Positions 52,345 to 58,520 of a DNA stretch of 58,520 nucleotides are shown here, piece by piece. The notes under the pieces were generated by a model. The model did no database searches, was not told where the DNA came from, and saw only the letters and a list, made by a program, of their open reading frames with translations. The position numbers and the translations under genes were made by a program. Origin of the DNA: Clostridiales bacterium UBA7001 (GTDB taxonomy: Bacteria > Bacillota > Clostridia > TANB77 > CAG-508); assembly GCA_002449785.1 (NCBI GenBank), contig DJXP01000031.1, forward strand, positions 3,048 through 61,567, read 5' to 3'. Each line of letters opens with the position of its first letter. The stretch's first letter is position 1.

Positions 52345-53154
52345 ATGAGTATTAATGATAGAAACCTTAATGAATTAGAAGAATGGATTGATAATTATTT
52401 AGAAAAACAAAATATTGATGAAATACATAAAATAGACAAGTATGAACATTGTAAAAGAACATCTGCTATAGCAAAACAAATATATCCAAATAATAGACTA
52501 TTAGAAGTTGCAATGAAGTTTCATGATGTGGGACGATTCATTCAATATGATAAAATAAAATCATTTGATGATAGAATTTTATCACATTATTTACTTGGAA
52601 AGCAATTTATTGAAGAACAGGAAAAAAGAAATAATATACCATCATCAAATGAACTAGATATTATAAAGAATGTAATTAAGTATCATATGGGAGTTAACTA
52701 TATTCCAAAAGATGATTTAGCAAATATCAACAAAGAGGCATTAAAACTAATAGAATTAGCTTCTATCATTGATGCAATTGACAATGGATGTGTTGGAGCG
52801 ACATATTATATTGAAAGAGAAATTATAAACGATGAAAAGCATTATAAAGAACAGAATCCTAATTTAGATATGAAAGATGTATCAGATGACGTATTATATT
52901 ATTATTTAAATAATATAAAATTTGATAAGTTTAAGTATTGTAATACATATGCAGATTACTTATTATATGCAATAATTCTTTTAATTGAATCTTTACAAAA
53001 TATTAAAAATACAAATATAGTGATTCAAATAATAGAAAAAGAAAATTCAATAAACAAATATATAAAGTTAATAAATAAATATGTAAATAAACCAATATCA
53101 GAAAAATGCATTTTACATTTAAAACAAATATACAAATATTATTTAATTAAATAG
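52345..53154 (+). CDS. HD-domain phosphohydrolase
   Basis: KYEHCKR...FHDVGRFIQY...SFDD...H...IKYH...D spacing. Confidence 0.8.
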   Translation: MSINDRNLNELEEWIDNYLEKQNIDEIHKIDKYEHCKRTSAIAKQIYPNNRLLEVAMKFHDVGRFIQYDKIKSFDDRILSHYLLGKQFIEEQEKRNNIPSSNELDIIKNVIKYHMGVNYIPKDDLANINKEALKLIELASIIDAIDNGCVGATYYIEREIINDEKHYKEQNPNLDMKDVSDDVLYYYLNNIKFDKFKYCNTYADYLLYAIILLIESLQNIKNTNIVIQIIEKENSINKYIKLINKYVNKPISEKCILHLKQIYKYYLIK

Positions 53155-53286
53155 TAGAAAAAAGAGAATAATTTTGAAATTCATATTTTTGTAACATTGT
53201 AACAAAAATATATCATTTACATAAATTTTTTTATTAATATCGATTATTTTTATGGATTTATGTTAAAATAATATAAATAGTTTATT

Positions 53287-55833
53287 ATGGGGGTAATAAT
53301 GAAACTTTCAAAGATTATATTATTTTACTTAATTTTATTTATTATGTTTAATACATTTTTTTATACAGTATCAAAAGCAGAAACTTTTGGTACTTTTAAT
53401 ATAATAAAAGAAACAGAAGACACTAGTTATGAATATAAAGAAGAAAAACTATATATTCATTCTGGAGAAGTAACTGTAAGTGGAACTAGTACAGAAAATA
53501 TTGTTATTGACGGAATAGCTACTGTTAATATTAATAATTTAAATATTACATCTACATCTGGAAGTCCAATTTCTATTATAGAAGGGAATACTGCTACTAT
53601 TAGATTAATAGGAGAAAACACATTAGTTGCTGGAAATAATTATGCAGGAATAGAAGTTGCAAATATAAATGGAAGTTTAGCGAATTTAATTATAGAAGGT
53701 GAAGGAAAGTTAACAACAACAGGAAAATCATCTGCAGGAATTGGAGGTAGTAAAAATAATGGTGTTTTATCTGGAAATATTACAATAAATGGTGGTACAA
53801 TTGTAGCTAAAGGTGAAGGTGGAGGAGCTGGAATTGGAACTGCCTCAAGTAGTAGTAATATAAAAGCTAATCACATTCAATATGGTACTATAACAATTAA
53901 TGGTGGAAATATCACAGCTGATGGATATTCTGGTGGAGCTGGTATAGGTGGTGGAAACCACGCAGATAGTGGTAAAATCATTATTAATAGTGGTACTATA
54001 GAACATAGCGAAGGTAGAGGTGGAGGAGCTGGAATAGGCTCTGGAATTGGAAGCACAAAGGCAAAAAGTGGAGATGAAGGACCAGGCTATTTTTATGCAG
54101 ATATTGAAATTACTGGTGGTATTATAAAAGAAGCCAAAAGCGAATGGCTTGGTGCAGGTATAGGTGGAGGATATGAATGCGATGCCTATATTAAGATAAG
54201 TGGAGGAATTATAGAAAATGCAATTGGTGGAAATGGTAATTCTGGTTCACTTTATCAAGGAGGACCTGGAATTGGAGGTGGATACCAAGGACTTGTTATT
54301 TTAGATATAAATGGTGGAGAAATAAGAAATGCTAAAGGAGGAACTGGATCTCCTGGAATAGGTTATGGGGCAGCAGCACTTTCTTCTAAAAGAAATGGTG
54401 CTCCAACAATTAGTTATGAAGATTCGATAATAAAAATTTCTGATGGAACATTTAAAAATGTTGAAGGAGGAACTTATGCTGCTGGTATAGGTTCAGGAAA
54501 TGGTGTTGAAAAATGTAATATAGAAATATCTGGTGGAGCATTTGGAACAATTAAAGGATATACAAGTAGTAGTGATGAAAAATCTGGTGCTGCTGGAATT
54601 GGATCAGGTGTTGGATTAAATGATACACATGCTACAAAATATAGAGCAGATACTAGTTTAAATGTAAGTATTACTGGTGGAGATTTTGATGCAATAATTG
54701 GTGGTTGGGGCTCATCTGGCATAGGAAGTGGTGCAAATAATGAAACTATTTCTACTTTAAACTTAAAAACAGAAAATACAAGTATTAAAGCATATTCAGA
54801 TGGAACCAAATCAGCTATAGAAGATACTATAACTGGTAATAATACAATAACAATTGATGGTAAAGTTTTGCAAGCAGTTACATCTGATTTAATAGATACC
54901 TCAAACGGAGCGATATTTGAAGTATATAATTTAGCAAATACTCTAGAAAATTATGAACTTAATATGCCAGATAGCTACAAAGCTTTCGGAGTAATTGTAA
55001 AAGATTCTAGTGTATATGTTGTTAAAGGTGATGAAGGATGTTTTTCAACTAAAGTAACTCCTGGATCTGATATTCCAGCTGGTTCAGAAATAAATCCATT
55101 ACTTGAAGTAGGAGATAATAAAATCAGTAATCATACTTATCTTTACCCTACTAGTGTAACACCTGAACCTGTAGTAAGGAAAATAAAATTTAAAACTAAT
55201 GAATGGGTATATGATGCAAGCGAACATAGTGGACAAGCAATTATTGATGGACAATATTCTGAATCATACACTATTTATTATAAGCTAGATGGAGAAAATG
55301 AATGGACAGAAGAACTTCCCAAAATAACTAATGTTGGTAACATAAAAGTAGATGTAAAAGCAGAGTCATCAAAAGGCTATGAAACATTAAAACTATCTGA
55401 TGCAATTTTAAAAGTAGTTCCTAAAGAAATATTTGTTACAGTCGATAATAAAGAAAAAATGATTGGCGAAAAGGACCCAGAATTAACTTATTCTTATGAT
55501 GAAAAAGAAATATATGATGATGATGTAAAAGAAGCCTTAAAAAATTTAAAAATTTATAGAAAATTAGGAGAAACCGCTGGAAATTATGAAGTAACATTAG
55601 AAAGTATAGAATTTGAAAATTATGTATTAAAAATAAAAAATGGTAATCTAGAAATTAAAGAATTTTTATCTGAATCTAATGGAGAAAGTTCTTTATCAAG
55701 TGTTGAAGGTACAAATAATCCAAAAACATTTGATAGTATAGATAAATATTATTTAGTAGCACTAATTTCATTACTAGGATTTGTTGTAATTACTGTAATG
55801 AAAAACGGAGGATTAAATGCAAAGAGTAAATAA
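53287..55833 (+). CDS. Cell-wall-anchored surface protein: Gly-rich AGIG beta-helix repeats, MBG-like domain, sorting signal
   Basis: Signal peptide; many GAGIGGG/ITINGG repeats; VTVDNKEK.IGEKDPELTY; NPKTF followed by a TM helix and basic tail. Confidence 0.8.
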   Translation: MGVIMKLSKIILFYLILFIMFNTFFYTVSKAETFGTFNIIKETEDTSYEYKEEKLYIHSGEVTVSGTSTENIVIDGIATVNINNLNITSTSGSPISIIEGNTATIRLIGENTLVAGNNYAGIEVANINGSLANLIIEGEGKLTTTGKSSAGIGGSKNNGVLSGNITINGGTIVAKGEGGGAGIGTASSSSNIKANHIQYGTITINGGNITADGYSGGAGIGGGNHADSGKIIINSGTIEHSEGRGGGAGIGSGIGSTKAKSGDEGPGYFYADIEITGGIIKEAKSEWLGAGIGGGYECDAYIKISGGIIENAIGGNGNSGSLYQGGPGIGGGYQGLVILDINGGEIRNAKGGTGSPGIGYGAAALSSKRNGAPTISYEDSIIKISDGTFKNVEGGTYAAGIGSGNGVEKCNIEISGGAFGTIKGYTSSSDEKSGAAGIGSGVGLNDTHATKYRADTSLNVSITGGDFDAIIGGWGSSGIGSGANNETISTLNLKTENTSIKAYSDGTKSAIEDTITGNNTITIDGKVLQAVTSDLIDTSNGAIFEVYNLANTLENYELNMPDSYKAFGVIVKDSSVYVVKGDEGCFSTKVTPGSDIPAGSEINPLLEVGDNKISNHTYLYPTSVTPEPVVRKIKFKTNEWVYDASEHSGQAIIDGQYSESYTIYYKLDGENEWTEELPKITNVGNIKVDVKAESSKGYETLKLSDAILKVVPKEIFVTVDNKEKMIGEKDPELTYSYDEKEIYDDDVKEALKNLKIYRKLGETAGNYEVTLESIEFENYVLKIKNGNLEIKEFLSESNGESSLSSVEGTNNPKTFDSIDKYYLVALISLLGFVVITVMKNGGLNAKSK

Positions 55834-56620
55834 TTCTCGTATTAATAAAGTAAGAAATAAGATTAAACCATCTAGCAAAGATTATTATAAATCTGTAAAG
55901 CATAATACAATTTTTTCCATATTACAATTATTATTTATTATGTGTTTTATTTTTTCTTTAACTCAAATATTAAAATGGTGCAAATTAAATGAACATACTG
56001 AAGAAGAAAAGAGATTAGCTAATTCTGCAATAGTTTATGAAACAGGTAATAAAAATGCAAACGGTAAGTATTCTTCTATCGATTTTAAAAAATTAAAAGA
56101 AAAAAATGATGATACAGTAGCTTGGATTAGAGTAAATGGAACAAATATTGAATATCCAGTTGTTAAAACTAATAACAATGATTATTATTTATATCATTCG
56201 TTTGATAAAACAAAAAGCAATGCTGGTTGGGTTTTTATGGATTATAGAAATAAATTAGATGGCACTGATAAAAATATAATTATATACGGTCATAACAGAA
56301 AGGATGGAAGTATATTTGGAAGTCTAAAAAATATTTTAAAAGAAACATGGTATGATGAAAAAGATAATTTAGAAATAGAATTTTGGACAGAAAATGGAAA
56401 GGAAAAATATCAAGTTTTTTCAATTTATGAAATAGAAAATGAAGATTATTATTTATCTACAACTTTTGACAATTATGATGAATATTTAAATAATATAAAA
56501 AATAGAAGTATAAAAGATTTTGGAATTAATCTTTCTAATGAAAGTAATATTTTAACTTTATCAACTTGTTCAAGCTCTAATAAAAGAAGAATTGTACTTC
56601 ATGCTGTAAATAATAGATGA
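55817..56620 (+). CDS. srtB: Class B sortase
   Basis: AWIRVNGTNIEYPVV, NDYYL, IIYGHN..DGSIFG.L, catalytic TLSTC..R. Confidence 0.92.
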   Translation: MQRVNNSRINKVRNKIKPSSKDYYKSVKHNTIFSILQLLFIMCFIFSLTQILKWCKLNEHTEEEKRLANSAIVYETGNKNANGKYSSIDFKKLKEKNDDTVAWIRVNGTNIEYPVVKTNNNDYYLYHSFDKTKSNAGWVFMDYRNKLDGTDKNIIIYGHNRKDGSIFGSLKNILKETWYDEKDNLEIEFWTENGKEKYQVFSIYEIENEDYYLSTTFDNYDEYLNNIKNRSIKDFGINLSNESNILTLSTCSSSNKRRIVLHAVNNR

Positions 56621-56769
56621 ATAATACATTACAAAAAATTTTAGTTGGTAGAGTAAAACATCAATTAAACATTTTTATAATTTGGATGTAATTATATCTA
56701 TAGGATATGGTGTGAAATACAGATCTGTTTGTAAAAAAGTTATAGAAAGGAGAAATAATACATTCAATT

Positions 56770-57411
56770 TTGAATATATTATGTAAGAAAATGAACAAAA
56801 AAGCTATAGTTTTAATTTTAATTTTTTTAGTAGGATTTATAGGAGGATTATTATTATCAAAAGTTGGTAGCAACAGAAATGATACTGGGAAAAATGATAA
56901 TTACAATTCTACTGTAAATATAGCTGGTATCAATAATACTAATGACAAAAAAAGTGATGTTTCTAACAATACTACTAATAATGTAATAATTGATAATTCT
57001 AGCAATACCTCTAAAACAGAAAATAAAACATCGAAAAATCAAACTAATACATCTACATCAAGCAATAATAAAAATGGAGATACTCAAACCGGATTATCGG
57101 CATATAAATCAATATGGCAATATCCTGATAGCACATATCCTGAAAAAGAATTTAGAGTAAATAATATTAGTGATAGCAAAGTGGATTTTGATTTTATAGT
57201 TGAAGGAATTACAACATTCGAAAACGCATCAGCTAATATCACAAAAAATATTGCAAAATTTGATATAAAAAATGAAGGAGATTGGAATATAAAAGGAACA
57301 ATTACATTTAATGATAATAAAGTAGTATTTGATATAACAGAAAGTTCTTCAGAGAATATTCCAACCGGAAGTACAACTTTTACGGTTAAATCCAATAAAA
57401 GTGCTTTTTAA
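56770..57411 (+). CDS. Hypothetical membrane-anchored protein with an N/T/S-rich linker
   Basis: TM helix, low-complexity linker, beta-rich C-terminal domain; start uncertain. Confidence 0.55.
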   Translation: MNILCKKMNKKAIVLILIFLVGFIGGLLLSKVGSNRNDTGKNDNYNSTVNIAGINNTNDKKSDVSNNTTNNVIIDNSSNTSKTENKTSKNQTNTSTSSNNKNGDTQTGLSAYKSIWQYPDSTYPEKEFRVNNISDSKVDFDFIVEGITTFENASANITKNIAKFDIKNEGDWNIKGTITFNDNKVVFDITESSSENIPTGSTTFTVKSNKSAF

Positions 57412-57487
57412 TTTTCAAGTTAAAGTTATAGTAAAAGAATATATCATTTTTACACAAAACTTTGATACTTGGCTATTATTTCATATA

Positions 57488-57516
57488 TTGACACATATAC
57501 AATAATATGTTATATT
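57488..57516 (+). promoter_or_regulatory. Sigma-A-like promoter
   Basis: TTGACA, 17 bp, TATATT with an extended TG. Confidence 0.55.
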
Positions 57517-57615
57517 CATTTATACTAAGTAAATATGTATTATGAACTGCATATAATCGGATTTACATATATACATATATACAAATATAATAATAAAAAT
57601 AATGGGAGGTAAAAA

Positions 57616-58077
57616 ATGGGCACACGAGCAACTATAATATACAAAACATCAGATAGTACAGGAATCAGAGCATATGATATTCAAACAGATGGATATATTG
57701 AAAATATAGGACCTCAGTTATTAAATTTAAATAGTAGTTCAAATGTCAAAAGTTATTTTGATCATAGTACTAGAGTAAGAGATATTTCAGAACAAGATTA
57801 TAAAACTTTAATAAGTGCATCCTCTCCATATGCGGTATATTGTTTTGATTAGGCTATAGATGAATGGATGGTATATGAATGTGGGAAAAAAACGAGTTTA
57901 ACATCAAGAATGTTACAAGTTGTAAATACTCAAATGAACAATATAATGGAATCAATTAAAAGCTTAACAACTGAGGCTGAATCTTTACAAAACGTCATTA
58001 AAAGTTTAATATTAATGGAAAATAGCCGTGATTCGCTTCAAGTAAATGCTAGTGAACCTGATATAGAAAAAGACTAA
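57616..58077 (+). pseudogene. Phage-like hypothetical gene interrupted by one in-frame TAG (57850-57852)
   Basis: ORFs 57616-57852 and 57868-58077 share a frame (offset 252) and read YCFD*AIDEWMVYE. Only the first has a strong RBS (GGGAGG). Confidence 0.55.
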
Positions 58078-58120
58078 AGATTGTATAAAATTCAATAGTT
58101 AATATATTTTATTATGAGAG

Positions 58121-58498
58121 ATGATAAATATGAGTATATTTGGAGAATTGTTTAAAAGAATAATAGCTAGTAATGAACAAAGTAACCCTGGAGAAAATAC
58201 TGTAGAAGAAATTAATAATAATAATATTATTAATAATATTCGAATTCAAATTGATGGAGATACAGGTTTGTTTAAAGATGAAAAGCAACAGATAGTTGCA
58301 GGTGCTAAACAATTGCTAGAAATGGGAAAATGTGATGATATGGTAGATGCGATAATAACTTTTGCTACTATGTTTAGAGGGCTTAAATTTCTAGAAATAA
58401 AGAAACTTAAAAACGGCGAAATAGTTGTTGTTCTACAAGAGACCGCACAAGAATTAAAAGGATCTATTAATAGAGACGAAAAAAATGAAGGTAGATGA
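58121..58498 (+). CDS. Hypothetical protein
   Basis: 125-aa ORF; start is ATG 58121 or 58130. Confidence 0.5.
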   Translation: MINMSIFGELFKRIIASNEQSNPGENTVEEINNNNIINNIRIQIDGDTGLFKDEKQQIVAGAKQLLEMGKCDDMVDAIITFATMFRGLKFLEIKKLKNGEIVVVLQETAQELKGSINRDEKNEGR

Positions 58499-58520
58499 AA
58501 AAATAAATGATGTAAAATAA

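Noticed and set aside
4389..58312. Short antisense or alternative-frame ORFs in the track (e.g. 4389, 16145, 22988, 24225, 31525, 32053, 37300, 40271, 54474, 57084, 58112)
   Set aside because: They overlap well-supported genes and have no RBS or recognisable motifs; treated as shadow ORFs.

Overview
Chromosomal segment from a very AT-rich, Clostridia-like bacterium (taxonomy inferred from gene content and composition). It holds about 55 genes. Housekeeping genes include nrdDG with a divergent Crp/Fnr regulator, pepV, rlmH-truB, pyrBI, ispG, tyrS, the rimP-nusA-ylxR-L7Ae-infB-rbfA-nrnA operon, nadD-nadE-pncB, trmB, a Gld-type ABC transporter, dpaB, dinB and a Xer recombinase. There are also surface proteins, a class B sortase with a probable substrate, and lineage-specific hypothetical genes. 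I saw no rRNA, tRNA, CRISPR array or transposase. Main observation: the only three frameshifts I can find in the window all fall at an in-frame CGG codon, in an S66 LD-carboxypeptidase, a U32/RlhA-like protein and the DHH phosphoesterase NrnA. Skipping one base there (C|GGN, read as Gly) restores the conserved family sequence. By eye, CGG is never used as an ordinary in-frame Arg codon inside a conserved domain, whereas CGT, CGC, CGA, AGA and AGG are. This suggests CGG acts as a +1 frameshift or four-base decoding signal in this organism; pseudogenisation or an assembly artefact are the alternatives. Secondary observations: a two-copy 55-bp structured repeat placed directly after terminators, a phage-like gene split by a single in-frame TAG, a candidate ART-fold domain, and several candidate operator sites.
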